NCBI RefSeq assembly: GCF_006345805.1 | Contig: NC_043005.1 | Span: 80,724,001-80,788,000, forward strand | Direction of reading: 5' to 3' | Length of the DNA: 64,000 nt | From: Octopus sinensis | Lineage: Eukaryota | In this document: positions 12,500 through 24,104 of the stretch, in pieces | Layout: every line of letters starts with the position of its first letter | How positions within the stretch are numbered: the first letter of the stretch is position 1 | Notes under the pieces: generated by a model | Seen by the model: the letters and a program-made list of their open reading frames with translations, nothing else | What the model was told of the DNA's origin: nothing | Databases searched by the model: none | Position numbers and translations under genes: made by a program

Positions 12500-13035
12500 A
12501 AAAACGTTTATCAAATACCCGACAATCATTCTCCTTTCACTCCTTATACAGTAGTCTATACTAATCAGTCCTCTGCCACCATTCTTTCTTTATATATACA
12601 ATCTTTTTACGTATGCTTTAGGATGTAGCGCCCCATAGAGCGTCATCAACTTTCTCGTCCTTCTATCCAATGTTGGTATACCTTCCTTAGTCCATTTGAG
12701 GATGGACGCACTATATCTGACCATCGCAACTACCCAGATATTCATTGCGGTAATCAAATTTTTGGTATTCAGGTTGGATCTCAACACTATCTTCACCATT
12801 CTTTTGGTACGCCTCTCTGACTTTGACTTTCATTTCTCTGAGAAGAATGTCATCCAACTCCCAAACCCCTAAATATCTATATCCACTACCGTCGGGTTCA
12901 CCCATGGGCTCTCCTGATGGTAACCGCAATCCTCTAGAGGATATTTTCTTCCCTCTTTTCATATTAAGTACTGAGCATTTGGTAATCCCAAATTCCATAC
13001 CGATGTCCCTACCACACTTCTGGACTGTTTTGATT
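12500..13035 (-). pseudogene. R4/Dong-like (RLE) LINE, RT C-terminal fragment
   Basis: ORFs MEFGITKCSVLNMKRGK..YRYLGV and NLITAMNIWVVAMVRYS..LDRRTRKLMTLYGALHPKAYVKRLYI are paralogous to the 21495-22673 ORF. Confidence 0.85.
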
Positions 13036-13059
13036 TAGGGATCTATCAGTTTTTTCTGA

Positions 13060-14251
13060 TTATCATTATTATTGTTGTTATTGTTGTTGTTCTTATTTAA
13101 GACGTCGCACAGGATCCAATGTCGTGATGTTGTTGATTGAAGATATTGTGTTTACCGGGTGGGGGGGAGGAGTTCTACTGTCTCTCAAATACAAGGACCT
13201 CGGACAGACAGTACTTTACGCATATGCATCAGTTTCAAGTAATGACGATTTTGCAATTAACCTAAATTGTAGGGTATTTCTAAAGTTTCCAGATGTTTTT
13301 GGGGGTTGGGTGATATTGAACCCAATGCTCAGATGTTCAACTCTCATAGCTGCCACATCTTAGCGATCTCAATTCTCAGATCTCCATATTTATCAACCTT
13401 TTCTCTTTCTTTCATGATGATATATTGATCTTCTGGCTCAGCCACGTCGATTATTAGGCACTCTTGTTTGTCCTTCCTAAAGGTTACTATATACGGCCTT
13501 CAGTGCTCTAATACCTTATCTGTCTGGAAGTCAAAGTCCCAGAGGATTTTTGCCTTCCCCTTTACGTCCCTTACCTTTTCCGGTGTATGCTGGTACCAAA
13601 CACCCGTTACCTCGTATCTATACTTACGGCATAGTAGCCAGTGAAGGTTTTGGGCTACCTTGTCGTGTATGCGCTTGTACTCTTTCTGCGCAAGACTTTC
13701 ACAACCAATAACAATGTGAATCATGCTTTCGACACTCTCCTACACGTTCTGCAGAGGTTTGTTGCACTTGTGTGGTATATATCCCTTTTCACGGAGTTGG
13801 TACCTAATGCCTGATCCTGGGAAGCGATGATTAGGCTGTCAGTCTTCCTTTTTAGGTCACCTTTGCTGAGCCACCTTCACGATGCTTCCTGATCTTTCAA
13901 GTTGTTAGTTTCACGGCGGAACTGAGCATATAATTCCACGCGGAGTAGGGTGTCTTCTCTGTCGTTGGCTATTCGTTATCGGAATTCATTAGCACTCTCG
14001 AGTCCATTTTTGGTAAATTCTCAAGCACTAGCAGTATACTGTAGCAAATCTTGTTTGCTGTTTACACAAATATTCGTCATGTTTCTTCTTTCAGTGTTGA
14101 TGCCCCACTACGCTAATCAGCCCACGTCCACCTTTACCTCTCTTCAGGTAGTGTGCCTGTGTACATTCGCCTTAGGGTAGAGGGCACCAGCATTGTCATC
14201 GTCTTTCGGGTAGTGCGATACAGTTAGTCAATCTCCGCTTGACTATCTCAA
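13060..14251 (-). pseudogene. R4/Dong-like LINE 3' portion (thumb, CCHC zinc knuckle, RLE endonuclease, AAT/AAC tail), truncated by the gap
   Basis: HIVIGCESLAQKEYKRIHDKVAQNLHWLLC..ILWDFDFQTDKVLEH, then the RLE region and a (AAC/AAT)n tail at ~13060-13095. Confidence 0.85.
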
Positions 14252-14351
14252 NNNNNNNNNNNNNNNNNNNNNNNNNNNNNNNNNNNNNNNNNNNNNNNNN
14301 NNNNNNNNNNNNNNNNNNNNNNNNNNNNNNNNNNNNNNNNNNNNNNNNNNN
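14252..14351. other. Assembly gap (100 N)
   Basis: Directly visible. Confidence 1.
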
Positions 14352-14599
14352 TATCTAGCATAGAGGTGATAGCTTTTTGAAGCTAATCAACGACAACATT
14401 CGTCCGATTTTTCTGGCTTGCAATGTTAACTTGGCGGTAACTATTAATATCCAGTGCCGCCACCGTAGTCTCCTTTAGAAAGACTTGGAAATATTAATAT
14501 TTCTAATGAAAACCAGTGGATGTATTCCACTGAATTTTAAGTAAACAATCCTTCAAACAGACCTTCAGTAGTGACGCCTGCTGGGTTCGACTACTCTAC

Positions 14600-14730
14600 T
14601 GAGCGGTTCGGCAAAAGAAACCGATAGAATAAGTACTAGACTAACAAAGAATAAGGCCTGGGGTCGATTTGTTCGACTAACGGCGGTGATCTAGGATGTT
14701 TGCAATCAAATGACTGAAACAAGTAAAAGA
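14600..14730 (+). mobile_element. SINE family S1, 3' part
   Basis: AGCGGTTCGGCAAAAGAAACCGATAGAATAAGTAC..CAAATGACTGAAACAAGTAAAAG. Confidence 0.8.
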
Positions 14731-14763
14731 ATATATATATGTGGTGTTCTGTGTGTATGTATA

Positions 14764-14867
<104 letters not shown>

Positions 14868-14889
14868 CGTATATATATGTCAAGACACT

Positions 14890-15300
14890 TCCGAGTGCTA
14901 ATGGTAATATGTAACCCAGTACAACCTGTTGCATGGTGGGGTCGTCGGCGACTAAACCGGCAACCCCACCAAGCTTGCTTGTTGAGGAGGGTGTTTATTG
15001 GACACCCTGCAGGATGAAAAACAAGACCCGTCAAAGGGTAGAGGAACTCTTGAGAGTCAACGCCCATCCAATAAATGTGTTTTTTTTTTCCTTAAGGCTC
15101 AAGGCTGTATCATGAGCGGGGACATAGAAATAATCGGACTGAATACCCGATCGCGCGGTTAAATCACTGGAAGTGAAGGACTTCTAGCCTTTTTTAGGTT
15201 ATCCTTCTAGGAGAAGGTAACTCAGGTAACTGGGATAACTCCGCCATAAAAACTGCGGCTCAGTGGTTACCGTTGATGTTGACTTGTTCTTCATTTAGGA
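14890..15300 (+). mobile_element. Probable LINE (RTE-like) 5' UTR remnant
   Basis: GGGGTCGTCGGCGACTAAACCGGCAACCCCACC and CTTCTAGGAGAAGGTAACTC resemble RTE 5' UTR motifs; no ORF follows. Confidence 0.35.
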
Positions 15301-15538
15301 TAATCGCTGCTGTTGCCTAGTGAGTGGGATTGACTCAGTGCACAGCCTTTCCTCACTTTAAACAAATCTTCTTGCACAGGCATTGCACGATAACAACATT
15401 GTTCATGATGGTGCTGTGAGTCTCAACTGAATGGCTGGTTGTAGCCTTTAAAAGTAAATATGTCACATTCGATCACAGCACCAATAACAGTTACGCTTCG
15501 TGCAATGGCCATACTCGATAACGAGGGGGCAGCCATCA

Positions 15539-15609
<71 letters not shown>

Positions 15610-15632
15610 TATATATATATATATTATATATG

Positions 15633-15668
<36 letters not shown>

Positions 15669-16227
15669 ATATATATATATATAATATATATGTATATATA
15701 TATATGTATATATATATATGTATATATGTATATATATATATACGTGTATATATATATATATATATATGTGTGTGTGGTGTTTGTGTGCGTCTGTGTGTAA
15801 CCTGAAATTAGGATTGTGGAAGAGAGACGTTGAAACGGAAGAAACGAAGGAGAGATTGAAAGTAAAATGAGAACAAGTGATCACTGTACGTATTTCTCTT
15901 GTTTACTCGCTTTCGACAGATTCTTTTATGCAACTACTCTTACGCATTATAATAAATTATACTTTTACTACCAACTAATAGGCAAGAAACACAACGTTCA
16001 ATTTTCAATGTTGGAATTTATAGTCTGAAGTAGAACAAATTGTGAAATTATATAAAACAGCAAATTGTTTAGCGACGCATGATGTATAGAAGCTCATTCC
16101 TTTATTTCGTTGTAAATTATATTTTACAGATACTATTGAAAATAAAAAAAAACAAGAAAGAAAAGAAAAATATCGGTCTTCTTAAGCTTGATGTTATGAT
16201 AAATCAGATTGTGTTGGACTGAAATAT

Positions 16228-16275
<48 letters not shown>

Positions 16276-16337
16276 TATATATATGCATATATATATATGT
16301 ATATATATATGTATATATATATATATATATTATATAT

Positions 16338-16422
<85 letters not shown>

Positions 16423-16779
16423 CCGCAAGATAAGCACATGTAATTACACACATCAGCACGTCCATACACAAGCGTACACGCACACACGCTCGCAGAGGCG
16501 CGCAGACATATACGTATACACATTAACACACACATAAACGCATACATTCGTGAATATTTAAGTTTTTTGAAAAATGAAAATTGCTTAATATTTCAGCAAA
16601 AATATCGGAATAATATTTTAAAGTGGCAAATAGAGAAAGTAACTTGAAATAAAAAAAGAATATCTTCAGACAATCAATGATAAGAAAGAGTGATATTTCG
16701 CTACATAACACACATACATACATACACATCTACATTTATGCATGTATACATACACATACACACACACACATACACACAT

Positions 16780-16811
<32 letters not shown>

Positions 16812-16832
16812 TATATATATATATAATTTATA

Positions 16833-16879
<47 letters not shown>

Positions 16880-17394
16880 TATATGCATATATACATAAAT
16901 ATTTATATATATGTGTATGTATGAGTGCTTATATCTGGATTATATATATACATATATATATAAATATTTATGTATGTATATACACACATATATAAACACA
17001 GATACAGCCACACACACAAGCACAGACACACGCATAAACATACATGCATACACACACCCGTATATATTGTTGATATCATAAGAATTTTTATAAACTTTCG
17101 AGGGAAAATAAAATAAAATTTGGGGGCATAATAGATACCGAAGCACACACATATAACCATAGACAATACTATGTAAATATTGAGTTTATATATGTTTGGG
17201 AACATTTTTATATGAGACACCAGATGACGCCATATCGCGGCAGGAGGCAAAAAGAAGGGCAGCTCTGTCTGTCCAATTCGCTACTTCACCAGATTCGGTA
17301 CAGAAAAGAAACACAATCACCCTGACAGACGTTTTTCCAACATGTCATCAAACCCTGACTAAAACCAGTAAAATATGAAAGGATATATATATAT

Positions 17395-17556
17395 AGTAGG
17401 AGTGGCTGTATGGTAAGCAGATTGCTTACCAACCACATGGTTCCGGCTCATTCCCACTGCGTGGCTCCTTGGGCAAGTGTCTTCTACTATAGCCTCGGAC
17501 TTACCAAAGCCTCGTGAGTGGATTTGGTAGATGGGAAACTGAAAGAAGCTCATCGT
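17395..17556 (+). mobile_element. SINE family S1, 5' half (3' part resumes ~17820-17872)
   Basis: GCTGTATGGTAAGCAGATTGC..TTGGGCAAGTGTCTTCTACTATAGCC..GAAACTGAAAGAAGC. Confidence 0.8.
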
Positions 17557-17723
17557 ATATATATATATATATAGATGAGTGTATTTTTACCTTGTTAACA
17601 ATTAACACGAAAAAAAATAATAAATAGTTACCAGGGCAGCAAAAATCTCACAAATAAACAATTACCAGTGTTTTTATTGTGACACCATCACTAGATGTTA
17701 CTTGCGTTAACTCCATTTTTTTA

Positions 17724-17774
<51 letters not shown>

Positions 17775-18096
17775 TGTGTGTGTGTGTGTGTGTATGTGTG
17801 TGTGTATATATATGTATGCGTGTGTGTATGTTTGTGTGTCTGTGTTTGTCCCCCAAACATCGCTTGACAAGCAGACGTATTCACTCGAGAAGTGAAAAAG
17901 TCTTGAACGTTTCGAGCCTATGCTCTTCCACAGAGAGGGACACAGAAAGAAACAGGGAAAGAAAATAAAGAATGTGCAGTGGCTAGCGATAGATAGTCAC
18001 AATGAACATATTCAAATGTTATATAGGGATATTTATCCAAAATACGGTGGTTTAATATGTAAATTTTGGAGAGATAATTCTTCAATGAATACAATA

Positions 18097-18132
<36 letters not shown>

Positions 18133-18915
18133 ATATATATATATATATAATATCGTAAGATAGAAAACAGGGATAGCCAATGGATAACATTATTCATAAT
18201 ATTTTGCTTTTTCATTGTCACTCAAATAATATAGCGGCTATCATGTTGCACAATTACCAGTGTTTTTATTGTGACACCATCACTAGATGTATCATCAATC
18301 AGAGCAATAGGGGTATTCCAACCAGTTCCTTTCATGTTATTATTATCATCATCACTGATATTACTATTTTCATTTCTTAGCTACTTGTCATTGTTAATAT
18401 TTCCTCTGATCCGATATGAGTTTTGGCTAAATTATTATTATCATCATTATCATTATTGTAACTATTATTACCAGCGTTACTATTATTTCCATTTATTATT
18501 AAAAGATATTGTTGAATGTTGTTCAGTTTCAACTTTTGTCTCGTACTTGAGATAATCATAAATATGTGTGGGTTTAAGGGAATAGTAGGAGCAAGGGAGA
18601 CAGCTTGGTGAATAGTTTAAATTCCAAAGGTGTGTAAATATATTCGGCAGATAGTGAAGAGATCAGCAATAGACATTCCTGTGCGATAAGGAAACAATAG
18701 AAGCCTCACACTCTTGGGGTCAGCAGAGGTCAAATGTGTTTAGTCCTATTTGCGACGAATGAGAGCCCTGTCCTTGGCCTTGGAAAAGACCAGTTCAACT
18801 CGTTCTATTTTTAATTACTGACAGAAAAATAATCATATATATATATAATTTTATTTTGTAATGAGATAAAAAAAACCCAAGGCTGTGTAGATTTTAGAAC
18901 ATTTATAGATAGAAG

Positions 18916-18963
18916 GTCTTACAGCTGTTTCCAGGATATTTATTATATCCCTTCATCGGAGAC
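18916..18963 (-). ncRNA. Type I hammerhead-ribozyme-like motif (PLE terminus)
   Basis: Minus strand: GTCT-CCGATGA-AG-GGATAT/ATATCC hairpin-GAA-ACAGCTGT (palindrome)-A-AGAC. Stem I is GTCT/AGAC; the core has U4C relative to CUGANGA. Confidence 0.55.
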
Positions 18964-19099
18964 GGTGTGAGAGGATGGTTAAGATGGTTAATTTAGATAA
19001 GATATAAAATAGAGAGTGAGGGGGAGGAAATAAAAGAAAATAGATATGAGATATGTAGGGATATTGCATTTGTAGATCCATTTTTTTTAGGCAGAATGG

Positions 19100-19700
19100 T
19101 AGACATATAATATTCCAATATCTTAGGAGTAAAATCCAATAGAATTTAAATTTAGTCTATATTCACCTCGTTGAATTTTTGAATTTCTGAATTTTTTCTT
19201 TGTACTTTTTCTTTTCTATTTATAAGCTTTGCTGTGGTTTACAGTTTTTGTAATTGTGCAGTTTCTATATATTGGCAAATGCTTACCCCCTTAATTTTTT
19301 TTTTATCATGCATTAAATTTTGCTCTTGCAATAAAAGACATGCTTACATATTCGGGTAGATAGGGAGAAAAGGAAGATAAAATCTTCACGTAAAATTGTA
19401 GATATTAAAGTTTAAAAATTTTCTAGAGATGTTCGTTTGTTTGTCCGATCAGAGAAGACTGTAGTGTTTTTGCAACAAAAAGGATGTTTACATTTTCGAA
19501 TACTCAGGGATAAAGGAAAGAAAGGAGGGTAAAAATTTAACAGAAAATTGTAGATATTAAAGTTTTAAAATTGATAACGATGATATTTTGTTTGTCCGAA
19601 CAGAGAAAACTGTAGTGTTCTTAGAATGAAAAGGATATTTACATTTTCGAATTCTCGGGGAGAAAGGAAAGGTATTTTTAAATCTGATGTTTCTTAACTT
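19100..19700 (-). pseudogene. Highly degenerate PLE-like coding remnant with ~150-bp internal duplication
   Basis: Minus strand has repeated IRKCKHPF(C)-like motifs; 19392-19520 is similar to 19545-19672; lies upstream of the 18916 hammerhead-like motif. Confidence 0.35.
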
Positions 19701-19797
19701 ATTTTCAGAGAAATTTAAAATGCTCACAGGGTTGTATCTTCTGTTTTCCGTTGCTGACTGGTAAGAGCAGGGAAGAACACGTCATTATTTCTATTAC

Positions 19798-19870
<73 letters not shown>

Positions 19871-19954
19871 GTTGTTGTTGTTGTTGTTGTATTTCACCGA
19901 ATTCGATTTACCTTTCATCATTTAGGGATAAATAAAAAATTGTAAGTTGAACCC

Positions 19955-20180
19955 TGGGTTCAATATAATCGACTCATTCCCTCCCTACCAAATTGCTACC
20001 CTCGTGGCAAAATTTGAAGCCACTATTATTAATATCTTTACGTTCCGAGTTCAAAATCCGCTGACGTTGATTTTGCCTTTTATCTTTCTGGGCTCGATAA
20101 ACTAAGTACCAGTGAAAGACTGGGTCGATGGAATCGACTACTTCCCTACCCCACAAAAATTTCAGGCCTTGCGTCTATAG
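19955..20180 (-). mobile_element. SINE family S2
   Basis: Consensus match including GATTTTGCCTTTTATC..GTACCAG; boundaries and strand are approximate because the copy is degenerate. Confidence 0.6.
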
Positions 20181-20188
20181 TAGAAAGG

Positions 20189-20222
<34 letters not shown>

Positions 20223-20223
20223 A

Positions 20224-20255
<32 letters not shown>

Positions 20256-20296
20256 ATACTAATACTAGTCTTCTAATTATTATTATTATTAGTAGA

Positions 20297-20355
<59 letters not shown>

Positions 20356-20454
20356 CATTATTATTATTATTCAGGTCACTGCTTGGAATCGAACTCGGAA
20401 TCTTGGGGTAAGTAGCCCGCGCTCTTAACCACTATTGGCAATTATGAAGTGAAT

Positions 20455-21065
20455 TTTAGGGCTTATAAATCTAATATTTTCCTAACCTTACTTAATACCG
20501 GTTCTCATATGCTACTCATATCTGCACTCGGTCTGCTTAGGAGGTTGTTATGTCCTAGCATATGCGCTGCTTCTTTTAGTTTTCGTATTTTCCAATGATG
20601 TTTTCTGTCTATTATTTTAACTTCATCCCGCAGGGGGAGGTGGTCTCCGTTTTTTACATACATGATCAGCTATACCCGATTTATCAATAACTCCTCGTGT
20701 CACAGCTTTGTGATGTTCGTCTACCCTTGTTTTGAGGGGGCGGCATGTTTCGCCTTTGTATAACCTACCACAGCTGCATGGGATGTAGTACACGCAGTCT
20801 TTGGTCATATTCTCTTCTATTGGTTGCTTTACTCGAAGGAGATATTTTCGAAGTGTTGTATTACTCTTGAATACTGTCCTGATATCATATGGGCAGCATA
20901 TCTTTTGTATCTTTTCGGAGTGGCCTTTCACATAGGGTAGACAGACTGATGAAGGCTGGAGGATATATAAGCCAAAACGTTGTGTTAACAACCAAAAAGA
21001 TGAGGACAAATATCCGTGAAACGTAAATAACGTAAATAGTTGTTGTTATTGTTTTGTGTAATGGT
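20455..21065 (-). mobile_element. Penelope-like element 1 (Poseidon-like GIY-YIG C-terminus) with inverted terminal segment
   Basis: LPYVKGHSEKIQKICCPYDIRTVFK..KDCVYYIPCSCGRLYKGETCRPLKTRVDEH..SGIADH, continuing HWKIRKLKEAAHMLG. A plus-strand CTGATGAAGGCT..AGCCAAAACGTT terminus is joined at ~20946. Confidence 0.85.
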
Positions 21066-21164
21066 TGTTTCTGTGTCAAAATCCTACTGTCCATGTCTAC
21101 TGTATCGTCCCCTACATGTCGGCCCTAGTGGCTAATAAATGAGATAATAATAATAATAATAATA

Positions 21165-21206
<42 letters not shown>

Positions 21207-21208
21207 TA

Positions 21209-21267
<59 letters not shown>

Positions 21268-23250
21268 TTTGTCTTTTTGTCTGTAAGTATGAGATCATGG
21301 AGAACCACACTAACTTTGAACAGTGACAATGAAACTCTAAATGCTGGTGATGTAAAAATTTCATGTCGCATTTTCCAGGGTGACTCACTATCACCACTCC
21401 TCTTCTGTTTAGCCTTAATACCTCTCTCAAAACTGCTCAATGACGCGTAGTACGGATATAAAATGTCTGATAAAATATAAATCATCTCATTTACATGGAT
21501 GATTTAAAGCTCTTTGCAAAAAATGACCAACAACTCAAGGGCTTACTAGCGATTGGCAAACAATTAAGTGATGACATCAGAATGCAATTTGGCCTCGATA
21601 AGTGTGCAAAAGCTACCATTATCAGAGGAAAAATGACAGAAACATCTAACGTTAACCTTGACCAGCAGAATGTCATAAAAGAATTAGACCCAGCAGAGAA
21701 CTACAAGTATCTAGGGGTAATTGAAGGAGACGGAATAAGGCATTCAGAGATGAAGGAAAGGATCAGGAGAGAATGTTATCGCAGAGTAAGAGCAATACAC
21801 AAGACAGAGCTGAATGCGAGAAACAGGATCGAAGCGATCAATGAATTAGCCATACCAGTCGTGACTTACAGTTTCAATATTGTTAACTGGTCAATTACTG
21901 AAATATGTAATCTTGACAGAAAAATACGAAAACTGTTGACAATGCATAGAATGCACCACCCTAAGGCAGATACAGAACGACTTTATCTGCCAAGAAAAGA
22001 GGGAGGCTGTGGAATTTTACAACTGGCAATAACAATGAAGATTGCTACAATTGGCCTAGACACCTACCTGAAAAACTCTGAGGACTGGATGTTAAAATTT
22101 GTCTCAAAACATGAAAACAAGAAAGCATCATACTCAGTAACAAAACAGGCAAAGGAATATCTAAGTGAATTCCGAATACAACAAATTTCAGAATTAGAGA
22201 TAGACATACAAGAAACAGGCACAGAAAAAGCTAAGCGCATGAAAACCCGTGATAAATCTACGGCCTTAGATATTCTGAATGATAAATGGCAAGAAAAACC
22301 TCTCTATGGCAAATACCAAAAGAGAGCAAATAATGCAGATGTTGACAAAGCCCTGACCCATCAATGGCTAATGGCCTCTGGCTTAAAATCTGAAACAGAG
22401 GGGTTTATCATAGCAGCTCAAGATCAATGCCTACCAACAAGAAACTACCAGGCCAACATATTAAAGATCAGAAGCAGTCCAACGTGTCGTGTATGCCAGC
22501 AACAAAATGAAACCATTGATCATGTGGTCTCCAAGTGCAGTCTTCTAGCGCCTACAGAGTATCTGAACAGGCACGATAGAGCTGCACAATATATTCATTG
22601 GGTAATTTGCAAAAACCTGGATTTGCCCCATAAAAAAAAACTGGTGGGAACACAAACCACCTCCAGTGCTTGAAAATGACCACATCTCACTCCTCTGGAA
22701 CTTCACCATTCAAACTGACAGAAAGATAGCTGCAAATAGGCCAGACATCATATTGAAAGACTTCAAACAAAGAACATACTTCCTCATTGATATGACTGTC
22801 CCAATCGATATAAACGTATCTGTCAAGACCTACCAAAAACTGAGCAAATATAAAGATCTTGAAATAGAAATCAGCAAAATGTGGAACCTGAAGACTAAAA
22901 CAATACCTGTTGTCATAGGTGCCCTGGGAATGATAGCAAAAGGGGCTGATAGCTACCTAACCCAGATACCAGGAAACCCCAAAATGGCAGAAATTCAAAA
23001 GATAGTGCTCATGGGAACTGCTCATATCCTACGCAAAATACTTTCTATGTAATCTCAAGGTTTAAAACAAACATTTTTTTTTAGACATCCACCAGTACAA
23101 CACAAAAAAACAACCAAATATATTGCACACTAGGCATAACAACAACGTGAACTTCCAACCTGTTGTCTCTTGAGGTCTCCGGGTGAGACTTGGAGCCAAC
23201 TTGTACAAATATAAAGCAAAAATCAAACATATAATAATAATAAAAATAAT
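21268..23250 (+). mobile_element. R4/Dong-like RLE LINE, 5'-truncated, inserted in (TAA)n
   Basis: RT motifs FQGDSLSPLLFCLAL and YMDDLKLF, CCHC knuckle CRVCQQQNETIDHVVSKC, RLE motif NRPDIIL..LIDMTVP..KLSKY; (TAA)n on both sides. Confidence 0.95.
21495..23052 (+). pseudogene. RT-zinc knuckle-restriction-like endonuclease ORF, frameshifted in the A-run at ~22631-22640
   Basis: Track ORFs 21495-22673 and 22666-23052 join. There is also an upstream in-frame TAG (~21448) and a frameshift (~21478). Confidence 0.9.
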
Positions 23251-23744
23251 CTGTATTATTTTTATTCCATTGTTTTAATAATCGTTGACGATCAAAATAA
23301 ATGGCATTTATAGCTTCAGTAGCTTCCAATATCAGCATGAATTATCAAGCTATGAATCGCTCAACTAAATAAATATAACCAACGCAATAAGATCTAATTT
23401 CTTGCTGGTTGGGTATGTTAGTTGGAAGGACTCATAACAGTGATGCATAGCAGGTATTCCATGAATAATAACGTTATGCATCGGATTTTATACATGCATT
23501 TTATGAATACCAATCGTTTCGTGCAGTTAATTTTGTACTAAAAATCTTTCCTCTAGCACTTAATTATATTCTCCACTAACTTACTATATCCTCTGGTTAT
23601 TTCGTTTTCACGCTATCCTGTTTAAACATTTGATATAACTTCAAGGAAGGGGAGAAGAAAAAAAATATTTCATGACATCAAAATGATTTCAACAATTTAT
23701 AACAATGCGGAAACTGCATGCATAACAAAGAACTATGAACTAAA

Positions 23745-23958
23745 TAATGATAATCATCATCATCATGACTCGGCTTCGCGAACGAAGATCAGGAAGACTG
23801 TCCACGTTGCGTGCATGCACGATCATGACTGACAAGTCCGATATGGGAAAGGCAGGTCCGTGGGTAGTGTCCACAGACAGAGGTAACATCTGGTGTGGTG
23901 TCAGAGGCAGCTCGCGCCTTCCTCGTCCGTCTCTTGTCTTTAAGCGCGTCTCTTCTTT
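23745..23958 (-). pseudogene. RTE-clade LINE 3' end
   Basis: KRRTRKARAASDTTPDVTSVCGHYPRTCLSHIGLVSHDRAC followed by a short 3' UTR and (ATG)n tail. Confidence 0.8.
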
Positions 23959-24064
23959 AGGTGCTTTCGCTCAATAAACACTCACAACGCCCGGTCTGGG
24001 AATCGAAACCGCGATTCTGCGACCGCGAGTTCGCTGCCCTAGTCACTGGGCCATTGCGCCCCCA
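23955..24064 (-). mobile_element. SINE family S3 head only
   Basis: GGGGCGCAATGGCCCAGTGACTAGGGCAGCGAACTCGCGG..CACCTAAAG. Confidence 0.85.
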
Positions 24065-24072
24065 CATATGTG

Positions 24073-24092
<20 letters not shown>

Positions 24093-24104
<12 letters not shown>

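Noticed and set aside
17218-17260. CAGATGACGCC..GGCAAAAA hammerhead-like relic
   Set aside because: Core and GAAA are both mutated, and there is no stem I or III.
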